Below, one piece after another: positions 1-8,594 of a stretch of 64,000 bases of DNA; position 1 is the stretch's first letter; every line of letters begins with the position of its first letter. The notes under the pieces were generated by a model that ran no database searches, was not told where the DNA came from, and worked only from the letters and a program-made list of their open reading frames with translations. Made by a program: the position numbers and the translations under genes. The DNA lies in NCBI GenBank assembly GCA_029856125.1, contig JAHQWJ010000120.1:1-64000 (forward strand), written 5' to 3'. Source of the DNA: Promethearchaeia archaeon (GTDB lineage: Archaea > Asgardarchaeota > Lokiarchaeia > Sigyniarchaeales > SOKP01).

Positions 1-145
1 TAGTTTCTTTTGAGATCGCAAATAAATCTAATACTGTACTTACCGTACTTCCAATCGGCAATGTGACTATTTTTTTTGGTGGAGCAATATTTCGTAAATT
101 AGCGAAAAATTTGATAGTTGCTGTGATATTCTTTTTATCATTCAT
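1..145 (-). CDS. MoaD/ThiS-family protein, truncated by window edge (MNDKKNITATIKFFANLRNIAPPKK...)
   Basis: Manually translated; IKFFANLR is a typical MoaD N-terminus; its ATG (145-143) lies just inside the 3' end of the upstream gene; downstream of AOR. Confidence 0.75.
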   Translation of the reverse strand, partial: MNDKKNITATIKFFANLRNIAPPKKIVTLPIGSTVSTVLDLFAISKET

Positions 146-425
146 CTTCATTTCGTTCAAAATACCATTTGTATAATAGAGACATATTCCTAGGAAACAG
201 ACCAACTCTATCGCCGTCTTTTACTTTTTTATTGAATCCCGAATATGTGCCATTCACAAATAAGTGATATGTATCCTCTTTTTCAATTGCATATTTATTT
301 AATATATCGGAGATAGTTTCGATTCCATTGCTTTCAATTTGCAAATTTAATGGTAAAGCGTCTGAAATAGTGTAGCCTTCAATTTTTTTCCGTAAATCTC
401 CAAAAATTTTCACTAAGATAGTCAT
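138..425 (-). CDS. MoaD/ThiS-like beta-grasp protein lacking C-terminal GG
   Basis: VKIFGDLR N-terminus and FVNG...VKDGDRVGLFP; ends in RNMSLLYKWYFERNEDE instead of GG. Confidence 0.75.
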   Translation of the reverse strand: MTILVKIFGDLRKKIEGYTISDALPLNLQIESNGIETISDILNKYAIEKEDTYHLFVNGTYSGFNKKVKDGDRVGLFPRNMSLLYKWYFERNEDE

Positions 426-434
426 TTTAAAAAA

Positions 435-2171
435 CTATGCGCCCCAAACTTTGTCTAATTCCTCATCTGATACGTTAAATACTTCATTGTGTGGTGGTAA
501 CGGCTCCTTTAAGAAAAACTCTGGTAATCTATCGTCTTTTTCTGTAAAACCCGCTGCCTTGTTAAATGCTCTTTCAGTATCTATAATTTGTTGTCCATAA
601 CCGGCTACATCATTAACAGTAAGACTAGTCCCTAATACACCATTAAGCGTATCAACAACGCCTACTAATCCTTCAGGAATATCTAATACAGCAAAAGCGA
701 TGAAAAGACAATATCCTGATGCATCTATGGCTGCAGTAGCGAGTTGCAAATTGCGCGATAAATCAGACTTATTTGTATCTTTAGGATCTGCTGTTCCACC
801 GACTCCCATGATTTCAGTGGCGATAGCATATCCTGCTGTGTGATCTGCCCCCTGAGGAGTCGTTGCATAAGTTACGCCAATTCCTTTAATTGCTCGTGGA
901 TCGTATGCAGGTAAGCTTTGACCTTTTACTACGGGAACTCTGGTCACACCAAATGCTTGTGCCGTAAAAGCTGTACCGTTGGCTAAAATTCTCCCAGTTG
1001 GAGTTTTTTTCTTAATTTCGTCGAATAACTTTAAAGCACCTTTTTCATCTCCAAATTCGGTTAAACCCCCTTCCATAGCAACTCCAATTAAACCACCCGC
1101 TTCAATCGTGTCTAAACCTAAATCGTTACAAGCTCTATTTAATTCTCCAATGACATCTAAATCGTAAATACTGCAATTTGGACCTAAAGCCCATACGCTT
1201 TCGTACTCTAAAACACCAACGGGATCTTTCCCACCGGGTTTTGTCCACACTTCAGAACATTGGATAACACATCCTGGACTACAGAAATGAGGACGAACGC
1301 CACCTCGCTTCTTTATTTCCTCTGCCTTTACCTCTCCAGATACTTTTTCAGATCTATCGTCTTGACCAGATGAAAAATTACGCTGTGGTAACCCCCCTGC
1401 TTCGTTTATAATGTTGACTAATACTCCCGTGCCAAACGAATTAAGCGCTCCACCAGGTTTTGTTACGTCGTGGCTGGTTAAAGCGTTCGTTAATTTTTTG
1501 ACACCCATATTAAAAGCTTCTTTGTTTAAAATCTCTACTCCTGGCGCTCCAGTATCATCTACTACAATAAATTTTAGCCCTTTTGATGCCATAACAGCAC
1601 CAAGTCCGCCTCGTCCTGCGTATCTACTTGGTAGTCCTTCAGGATCGTTAAAACAGATTCCAGAAGCGGCTCCCATTATTTCAGCTGCAATACCAACACC
1701 ACTAATACTTACTTTATCGCCAAATTCCTTATATAATTCTTTATAAACATCATAGAGTCCTTTATTCGACCACTTATTTGCTTTTATAATTTCAGTGCCA
1801 TCATTTGTAACTTTCAGGAGATAATAATCATCCCCTTTATGCTTACCTTCGACTACAATCGCGGCGATTCTCATTCTTCCTAATTTTTGAGCAAAATTTG
1901 TGCCTGCATTTGCCTCTTTAATCCCCCCTGTTAATGGAGATTTACCTCCAACAGATATTCGCCCAGATGTTGGCGCTTTTGATCCCGTAACCAGTCCCGG
2001 AGCAAATACTAGCTTATTATATGCCCCTAATGGATGGCAAAGTGGATCAACTTCTTTTGCAACAATTGTGGAGGTAAGAGCTCTTCCACCTAAAGCTACA
2101 AAATCTGCTGGAAAATCCTCAAAATTGGCTTCAAGTTTTGTCATATCTACTCTTAAAATTCTTTTTGCCAT
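435..2171 (-). CDS. aor: Tungsten-type aldehyde:ferredoxin oxidoreductase
   Basis: KSPLTGGIKEANAG, AGRGGLGAVMASKGLK, CxxGCxIxC, EYES, GLDTI, YDPR, GADH and DDRLP motifs. Confidence 0.93.
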   Translation of the reverse strand: MAKRILRVDMTKLEANFEDFPADFVALGGRALTSTIVAKEVDPLCHPLGAYNKLVFAPGLVTGSKAPTSGRISVGGKSPLTGGIKEANAGTNFAQKLGRMRIAAIVVEGKHKGDDYYLLKVTNDGTEIIKANKWSNKGLYDVYKELYKEFGDKVSISGVGIAAEIMGAASGICFNDPEGLPSRYAGRGGLGAVMASKGLKFIVVDDTGAPGVEILNKEAFNMGVKKLTNALTSHDVTKPGGALNSFGTGVLVNIINEAGGLPQRNFSSGQDDRSEKVSGEVKAEEIKKRGGVRPHFCSPGCVIQCSEVWTKPGGKDPVGVLEYESVWALGPNCSIYDLDVIGELNRACNDLGLDTIEAGGLIGVAMEGGLTEFGDEKGALKLFDEIKKKTPTGRILANGTAFTAQAFGVTRVPVVKGQSLPAYDPRAIKGIGVTYATTPQGADHTAGYAIATEIMGVGGTADPKDTNKSDLSRNLQLATAAIDASGYCLFIAFAVLDIPEGLVGVVDTLNGVLGTSLTVNDVAGYGQQIIDTERAFNKAAGFTEKDDRLPEFFLKEPLPPHNEVFNVSDEELDKVWGA

Positions 2172-2313
2172 GATATTTCACCTCTATTTTTAGGCATTTA
2201 ATATATGTGATAGATGGTTATATAAATCTACGTTATGTAAAGATAAACCAGACGAAAGATAAACTGAACAATACGATCATTTAATTGGTTAAAAAATGAT
2301 AAGATATAAAAAG

Positions 2314-2436
2314 CAGGCTCGAGGGGATTTGTTCAAGAAACGCGAAGTACGTATCTCATTGAACCCCCGACCTTCTGCTTTCTCCATACAAATTATGTAG
2401 GAGGCAGCTGCGATATCCGTGCTTCGCTACGAGCCT
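2314..2436 (-). tRNA. tRNA-Arg(CCT) with two introns (37/38: 2397-2380, 18 nt; 58/59: 2358-2329, 30 nt)
   Basis: Acceptor AGGCTCG/CGAGCCT, D arm GCGA/TCGC with A20, anticodon CCT at 2401-2399, T arm GGGGG-TTCAAAT-CCCCT after splicing; both introns form bulge-helix-bulge motifs; CCA not encoded. Confidence 0.9.
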
Positions 2437-2615
2437 TTTTTTTAAATAACGAGTGTTATGATCTAAAAATAACTATAAAATAAAAAAGTAGAGAAAATTG
2501 AGTGATCTTTTTAACCATAAAAGGAAACATAAATCAAAAGGTTTTAATTTTCAAGGTTAATTTAACATATTATAATAGATTATTTTGAAATATTTTTTTC
2601 TTAGAGCTAATTAAT

Positions 2616-2891
2616 ATGGAAAAGAGAAGCTATCAACAAGGCAAACCAAATAGACCCATTGATTATTTAAAGAATTCTATTGACAAGGTTATATTGATAA
2701 AAGTTAAGAGGAACCGCCTCTTCAGAGCAACTTTACGCTCGTTTGATGAACATCTGAATCTTTACATTGAAGATGCATCACAACTTTTCGAATATATGGA
2801 TGAAGATGGAAATGTTAAAGAAGAACACGAATCACTTGGCAATATTGTGTTACGTGGGGACAATGTTATCTTTTTGAATTTAGCAAATTAG
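2616..2891 (+). CDS. Sm/Lsm RNA-binding protein
   Basis: RPIDYL...LRSFDEHLNL (Sm1) and IVLRGDNVI (Sm2). Confidence 0.92.
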   Translation: MEKRSYQQGKPNRPIDYLKNSIDKVILIKVKRNRLFRATLRSFDEHLNLYIEDASQLFEYMDEDGNVKEEHESLGNIVLRGDNVIFLNLAN

Positions 2892-3071
2892 GGTAAAAAG
2901 ATTCTAGTCCTTGTTCCATTGGGTTTTTGAATCGTAATTAAAAATCATATAGGATCTTTACTTTCATTTAGATTAAGTAAAAAACATATTAAAGTTAAAG
3001 TCTTTTTCAATAAGTGAGAAACCTAATATTAAATTTGATTGATTTAGTTATTTAAAAAGAGATTTTAATAA

Positions 3072-5153
3072 GTGATTGAACCAGAATATCTCAAGCGACG
3101 AAATTCATTGGTAGTCAGCCCCAATTTAGGTCACCCCCTATATATTGGTATAGATAGCAGATTAAAGCAGAGAAAATTTGAAATTAAACTTTTATTTGCA
3201 AGTAATATTCCGAATTTAACTAATTTTGAGGGTTTTTTAAGAAAGAACCTAAAGCTCGTTCCAATTCTCGAATACAAGTGGAAGTTAACGAAATTACTTG
3301 AAAAAACAAAAAAAAAGGGGATATGGGACAAATTAAAAAGGTTTTTTGCCAGACGTAAAAAAAGCAGACAGAAGACGCAAGAAATCAAGGAAATCACCGA
3401 CTCAAAAGGAGATACATTTGATATTGTCCAAAGGGAAAAGTTAGAAAAGTTAAAACCACGGGCTTTTCGGGGGGATATAATAGACTGTACAGTTTTAGAC
3501 GTTCAAAATGAATATGAGCGTGAGATCGATAATCCAGGATATGACGATTATCTTAGTCCTCAAAATTATTTAGTCAAACATGAAATTTTTGGGGGTTTAA
3601 ATAAATTCTACTCAGCAACAATCAATTTTAGCCTGACAGATGAGGTAATCGAGTTTTTAAAGAGTTTTAACTTCGTAATGTTTGATATTCTCCAGCAAAA
3701 CCCGAATAAAGGTGATAGGATTAACTATCACTCGATTGTAATTTCAAAAAATGACTGGACCAATTTCAAATTTTTACACGCTACAGATTTACATTTAGCC
3801 GAAAGAAACGATAGACTCTATGAGATTGTTAAAAAATGGCAAAAATCAGTTAGAAAATCAGAAGTTGGCGAAATTGTAGCTCAAAGTGTTAAAGCAGTCT
3901 CTTATTTTCAGAGATTGTTAATGAAGAAACCAGAGGAAAAAGTTGAAACAACTAAACCATTGCACAAACGGTATATTAATCCTAATAATAATTTTAGAAA
4001 CTTTATCAAACACGTCAATAAGAGCGTGAATCAGAACGATTTAGATTTTGTAGTACTAACAGGAGATATCATCGATTTTTCTATTCTTTCAAAAATAAAA
4101 AAAGAGAAGAGGAGGACCTTAGACTTTGATTACGAATTTAGTAATTGGCGGATTTTTAAAGAAATTTTGTTAAACCACCCTCAAAAGATGAGACGAGGGA
4201 TGGTTACTGGAAACGAAATACTCTGTCCCATTTTTACAATCCCAGGAAACCATGATTTTCGTCCGTATCATTACGATCTTCGTTGGGGTAATTTGTACAA
4301 AAAAATAGGATTAAATGGTAACGAAGCGATTGCTTTGAACGACGAGTTGATGGCAAATCCCATTAGCTCTATTACGAAAAATTTCAGGGCTTTAAAAGCC
4401 TATTTAATAGAAATCAATTCGTCATTAGATTTTTCTCTCAAACTTGGAGAGAATATTTTCATTTTTCTAAACTCTGGTTCCGATTCTTTTAAAAACATTA
4501 TAGATTTTGTTAGTGGACACCCCTCGGTAACTGGAGTTTCCAACAAACAAATAAGGTATTTAGAGGACTTGATAAATAAAACCATTAAACCGGGATACAA
4601 TACATTTCTCATGGTTCATGGCCCTCCAATTAATCCTAAAAAAACCATGAGTAAACGATTTTCTCTTTCAAAAACAAAAGATAAAATGCCTTCTCTCGAA
4701 GAATTTAAAGAATCTGTTATGGAAAAATTGGGGAGGCTTCCTTCCGCAATTCGAATCAACGATAAATTTGACTTAAAATTTGGAACAATCTCTTCTAATT
4801 GGGCAAAAATCATAAAATTTTGCCTCGATTATTCTGTCCTTACTCTTTCAGGGCATACTCATCAATTAAAAGAGTTTAGGTTGAGTAATCCTCAACAGAA
4901 ATCTATAAATCCTAATACAACAATTCCAGTTAAACTAGAAAAATTAGAAAATCCCGCAGCTGTATACTACGATTACTATTCTGAAAGGCTTAAAAATCAA
5001 AACGAAGTTGAAATCAACGCCCCTTTTGTTGTCCAAACTCCCGCTTTAGGATTAGGGAGTTATCACAAACCTGTTTTAGCCGGGGCTTATCGAGAGATCA
5101 TAATCGAAAAAGGAAAATTATCTTCTTTTCATGTCAAGTATGTAAAACGATAA
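3072..5153 (+). CDS. Large calcineurin-like metallophosphoesterase with N-terminal extension
   Basis: DLH, GDIID, GNHD, H and GHTH motifs in canonical order. Confidence 0.8.
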   Translation: MIEPEYLKRRNSLVVSPNLGHPLYIGIDSRLKQRKFEIKLLFASNIPNLTNFEGFLRKNLKLVPILEYKWKLTKLLEKTKKKGIWDKLKRFFARRKKSRQKTQEIKEITDSKGDTFDIVQREKLEKLKPRAFRGDIIDCTVLDVQNEYEREIDNPGYDDYLSPQNYLVKHEIFGGLNKFYSATINFSLTDEVIEFLKSFNFVMFDILQQNPNKGDRINYHSIVISKNDWTNFKFLHATDLHLAERNDRLYEIVKKWQKSVRKSEVGEIVAQSVKAVSYFQRLLMKKPEEKVETTKPLHKRYINPNNNFRNFIKHVNKSVNQNDLDFVVLTGDIIDFSILSKIKKEKRRTLDFDYEFSNWRIFKEILLNHPQKMRRGMVTGNEILCPIFTIPGNHDFRPYHYDLRWGNLYKKIGLNGNEAIALNDELMANPISSITKNFRALKAYLIEINSSLDFSLKLGENIFIFLNSGSDSFKNIIDFVSGHPSVTGVSNKQIRYLEDLINKTIKPGYNTFLMVHGPPINPKKTMSKRFSLSKTKDKMPSLEEFKESVMEKLGRLPSAIRINDKFDLKFGTISSNWAKIIKFCLDYSVLTLSGHTHQLKEFRLSNPQQKSINPNTTIPVKLEKLENPAAVYYDYYSERLKNQNEVEINAPFVVQTPALGLGSYHKPVLAGAYREIIIEKGKLSSFHVKYVKR

Positions 5154-5173
5154 CCGGTTATAGTTTGAATAAA

Positions 5174-6664
5174 TTAATCGTTTAAACGTATAGGTCTTCC
5201 TTTTTTATGAATAGCCATGCCATATACATCTTCCATTCCTTCTAAAACCATCTCTGAAATTGTTGGATGGCTATGTATTGTAGTAGCAACATCGTGAACG
5301 GTTAATCCATGCTGCATGGCTAAAGAAATCTCAGATATTAATTCGGGTGCTTCAGCACCAATACAAGATGCACCTAGTATTTTGTTAGTTTTTTTATCGG
5401 CGATAATTAGTAAGAATCCATCTTCTTCTCCCATGCACTTCGCCTTCCCTAACGACTCATATGGGAATCTTCCCATAAGTAAATCATATCCCGAATTTTT
5501 TGCATTTTTTCTCCTTAGTCCTACTGATCCTATGTTTGGGCTTGTGAAAATAGTCGCGGGAATTATTCGGTAATTAGTAATTTTTTCTTTAACTTGGAAT
5601 TCATCTAGGCTTGCTAACGCATTTGCCACAGCAACATCACCTTCATACCTAGCAACATGAGCAAGCATTAATCCGCCTGTAACATCACCGATGGCAAATA
5701 TTCCTTTTACAGATGTTTCTAATGACTCAGAATCTACTTGAATTGCTCCGCGCGGAGCTTCTATTTTTAAATCCTCTAATCCTAAATTTCTTGATTCTTT
5801 TGCTCGGCCAATTGTAACCAAGCAGTAATCCGCTTCAACATAAGATTTTTTAGCCTTTTCTATCTGGTCTTTTGGAACATCAGCTGAAATTGTTGTTGCT
5901 TTCACGCCTGATCCTGTGTTTAGGATTGATAAAACATTTTGTGAAACAAGGATTTCGATACCAAGATTAGTAAACTTCTTTTGTATCTCTTTCACTACCA
6001 TAGGTTCTTCGGTTGCGATTGGAGAGGGAAGGTATTCAAGCATTGTAACTTTACTTCCAAAACTAGCAAATATATTAGCAAACTCAGCCCCAGCTACTCC
6101 GGCTCCAATAATAAGCAATTTATTCGGTAAAGTTTTAAAGTTAGGGTGTAAGACATCGTCAGTAGTTAATATTCTATCGTGGTCAATATTGAAAGCAGGA
6201 ATTAACACTGGAGTTGATCCTGTAGCAATTATTACCCTTTTAGCTTTAATTCTTTTATTATCGTTCCCTTCAATCGAAATTTCAAATCCTTCGTTTGCGT
6301 TTCCATTTAAAATCTTACCATGTCCTATATATACATCGTTTTTCCATGCACTTTCTAATGTCGCAATTCCATCAGTTAATTCTTTAACAACTTTATTTTT
6401 ACGAACAACAGCTTTACTGAAATCTAACTTAAAATCACCGAGAATTCCGTGATCCTCTCCCTTTTCCCTAAGTTTTTGGATAAACTCTGCCGATGCGTAG
6501 AGCGCTTTTGTTGGAATGCAACCTAAATTTAAACACGTACCTCCTAATTTATTTTTTTCAATCAAGGCAACTTTAGCACCAAATTGAGCAGCTCTAATAG
6601 CGGAATGGTATCCTCCTGGTCCTGAGCCAATTACTACAATATCATACAATTCTGAGCCTGGCAT
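5174..6664 (-). CDS. lpdA: Dihydrolipoamide dehydrogenase
   Basis: GSGPGGY, GGTCLNLGCIPTK, GDV, HSHPTISE. Confidence 0.93.
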   Translation of the reverse strand: MPGSELYDIVVIGSGPGGYHSAIRAAQFGAKVALIEKNKLGGTCLNLGCIPTKALYASAEFIQKLREKGEDHGILGDFKLDFSKAVVRKNKVVKELTDGIATLESAWKNDVYIGHGKILNGNANEGFEISIEGNDNKRIKAKRVIIATGSTPVLIPAFNIDHDRILTTDDVLHPNFKTLPNKLLIIGAGVAGAEFANIFASFGSKVTMLEYLPSPIATEEPMVVKEIQKKFTNLGIEILVSQNVLSILNTGSGVKATTISADVPKDQIEKAKKSYVEADYCLVTIGRAKESRNLGLEDLKIEAPRGAIQVDSESLETSVKGIFAIGDVTGGLMLAHVARYEGDVAVANALASLDEFQVKEKITNYRIIPATIFTSPNIGSVGLRRKNAKNSGYDLLMGRFPYESLGKAKCMGEEDGFLLIIADKKTNKILGASCIGAEAPELISEISLAMQHGLTVHDVATTIHSHPTISEMVLEGMEDVYGMAIHKKGRPIRLND

Positions 6665-6787
6665 TTTCTTTCGATATCTTCAATTGTAATATAAAATACT
6701 TATCTTATTGAGATAGATTATACATACAATATTAATTTTAATTTAATTAAATATCTCAAAAAGTATAATTAATTTTTTTCTTGAATA

Positions 6788-8227
6788 TTGTTGATGGAAA
6801 TGTATATACAAAATTATTCGCAATTAATTTCAGAGAGCCTAAATAGAAATTCCTTAGAGTTAAGAAAAATAGGGCTGAAGTCATTAGAAATTGCAATCAG
6901 TTCAGTAGAGCCCAGAAAATTAATTAGAAATGCTATGACAATATCCGATGAAATTCTCATGATCGAGCAGGATAAATACGATCTTAAGAAATTTGAGAGA
7001 ATTTTAATTATAGGTGGTGGAAAGGCAACCGCTCAAATGGCTATTGCATTGGATGAATTACTAAAAACATCCTCCAAAATTGAATACGAGGGATTTTTAA
7101 ACATCCCTGAGGATCAAGAATTAAAATTACTTACCCCCACAAAGAACATAATAATGAATTTAGCATCTCATCCTATACCAAATGAAGCTGGCTTAAACGG
7201 TGTTAATAAGATGTTAGAACTCGTTGAAAAAACTAGTAAAAGGGACTTAATAATTTGTTTATTTTCTGGAGGTGGTTCTGCCTTACTACCAATGCCAAAA
7301 AGAAAAATAAATCTCACAGATATTCAAAAAATCAACTCGTTGCTATTAGCTTCGGGTGCGTCAATTCACGAAATTAACACGATCCGAAAACATATTTCTG
7401 ATTTTAAAGGAGGTAACCTCGCAAAAAGAATTTATGAGACTAGTAAGGCAACCACACTGACAATTATCATTTCTGATGTTGTAGGGAATAAATTAGATTC
7501 AATTGCGTCAGGTCCTACTATTCCTGACTTAACATCCTTCAACGACGCGTATAATGTGTTATTGAAATATAAGTTACTTGATAGGATTCCTATGTCTGTT
7601 AAAGAAGTTATTATTGAAGGAGTAAAAAATCCACGCTTAGAAAATCCATCAGAAAATGATCCTGTTTTCGAAAATGTCCATACATACCTAATAGGAAGCG
7701 TGGAATTAAGCGTGGAAGAGGTGTCTAATTATCTAAGGAAACACGACTTTGAAATCGATTATTTTTCAAACAAGATTTCGGGAGAAGCAGCAGACTTTGG
7801 AAAAGGTCTTTTCTATTTGATAACAGAAAAACTTAAGGAATACCCGAAAGAGCCTGAAAAATCAAGAATAGCGATGATCGGAACTGGAGAACTTACTGTA
7901 ACATTGCGAGGGAAAGGAATTGGTGGGAGGAACCAAGAAATGCTTTTAAATTTGCTCAATACTATTAAAAGCGAAAAAATTGATTATAAGTTCTTGGTAT
8001 TAGGAGGTAATCTCGATGGGATAGAAGGAAATAGTAAGGCTATGGGTGCAATCGTTGATAATAGTATATTAATGGAAACGACTCAGAATAATGTTAGCAT
8101 CGATAGTTATTTAAATAGCAATAACTCTAATGCTTTCTTTAACCTATTAAATGGAGAGATTATCACAGGTCCAACCGGTATAAATGTAAACGACTTTATA
8201 TTGATTTTAGTCGACTTTAATGTTTAA
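6788..8227 (+). CDS. Glycerate 2-kinase (DUF4147/MOFRL family)
   Basis: GGGKA, HPIP, SGGGSAL, IASGPT, GGRNQE, TGPTGINVND. Confidence 0.88.
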   Translation: MLMEMYIQNYSQLISESLNRNSLELRKIGLKSLEIAISSVEPRKLIRNAMTISDEILMIEQDKYDLKKFERILIIGGGKATAQMAIALDELLKTSSKIEYEGFLNIPEDQELKLLTPTKNIIMNLASHPIPNEAGLNGVNKMLELVEKTSKRDLIICLFSGGGSALLPMPKRKINLTDIQKINSLLLASGASIHEINTIRKHISDFKGGNLAKRIYETSKATTLTIIISDVVGNKLDSIASGPTIPDLTSFNDAYNVLLKYKLLDRIPMSVKEVIIEGVKNPRLENPSENDPVFENVHTYLIGSVELSVEEVSNYLRKHDFEIDYFSNKISGEAADFGKGLFYLITEKLKEYPKEPEKSRIAMIGTGELTVTLRGKGIGGRNQEMLLNLLNTIKSEKIDYKFLVLGGNLDGIEGNSKAMGAIVDNSILMETTQNNVSIDSYLNSNNSNAFFNLLNGEIITGPTGINVNDFILILVDFNV

Positions 8228-8280
8228 TGTGTATTGTAGAACAATAATAGTTTTATATTATAATAAATACGAAGATAGTG

Positions 8281-8445
8281 ATGAATATAGACTCCAACTT
8301 TATAATAATATGTCCCGCGTGCGGCTATTCTTTCCAAAAACCTGATGTAACCGCAAAGAAAAAAACATTAACTTGCCCTATGTGTAGATATATTTTTAAA
8401 AATCCTAACGAAATGCCTTCTAAGTTTGACGATTTCACTATCTAA
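8281..8445 (+). CDS. Small CPxCG zinc-ribbon protein, 54 aa (below ORF-track cutoff)
   Basis: Manual translation MNIDSNFIIICPACGYSFQKPDVTAKKKTLTCPMCRYIFKNPNEMPSKFDDFTI; two CxxC knuckles; TATA-like TTTATATT about 25-30 nt upstream. Confidence 0.75.
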   Translation: MNIDSNFIIICPACGYSFQKPDVTAKKKTLTCPMCRYIFKNPNEMPSKFDDFTI

Positions 8446-8594
8446 CACTATCATAAAAAAAAAGTTGGACCAAGCAATATTTTTTTAGATCTAAGGTTTA
8501 GTTGATAAATCTTTTTTAACTATCATGATTACATAATTATTAATCCATAGATAGTTATGGACATTTACGAAAATGTAAAAAATGGTAAACTAAC

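Noticed and set aside
979-2193. Plus-strand ORFs overlapping aor, and similar antisense or nested ORFs throughout the track (for example 5916-6452, 9202-9600, 59882-60226, 63556-63741)
   Set aside because: Shadow frames of well-supported genes with no recognisable motifs
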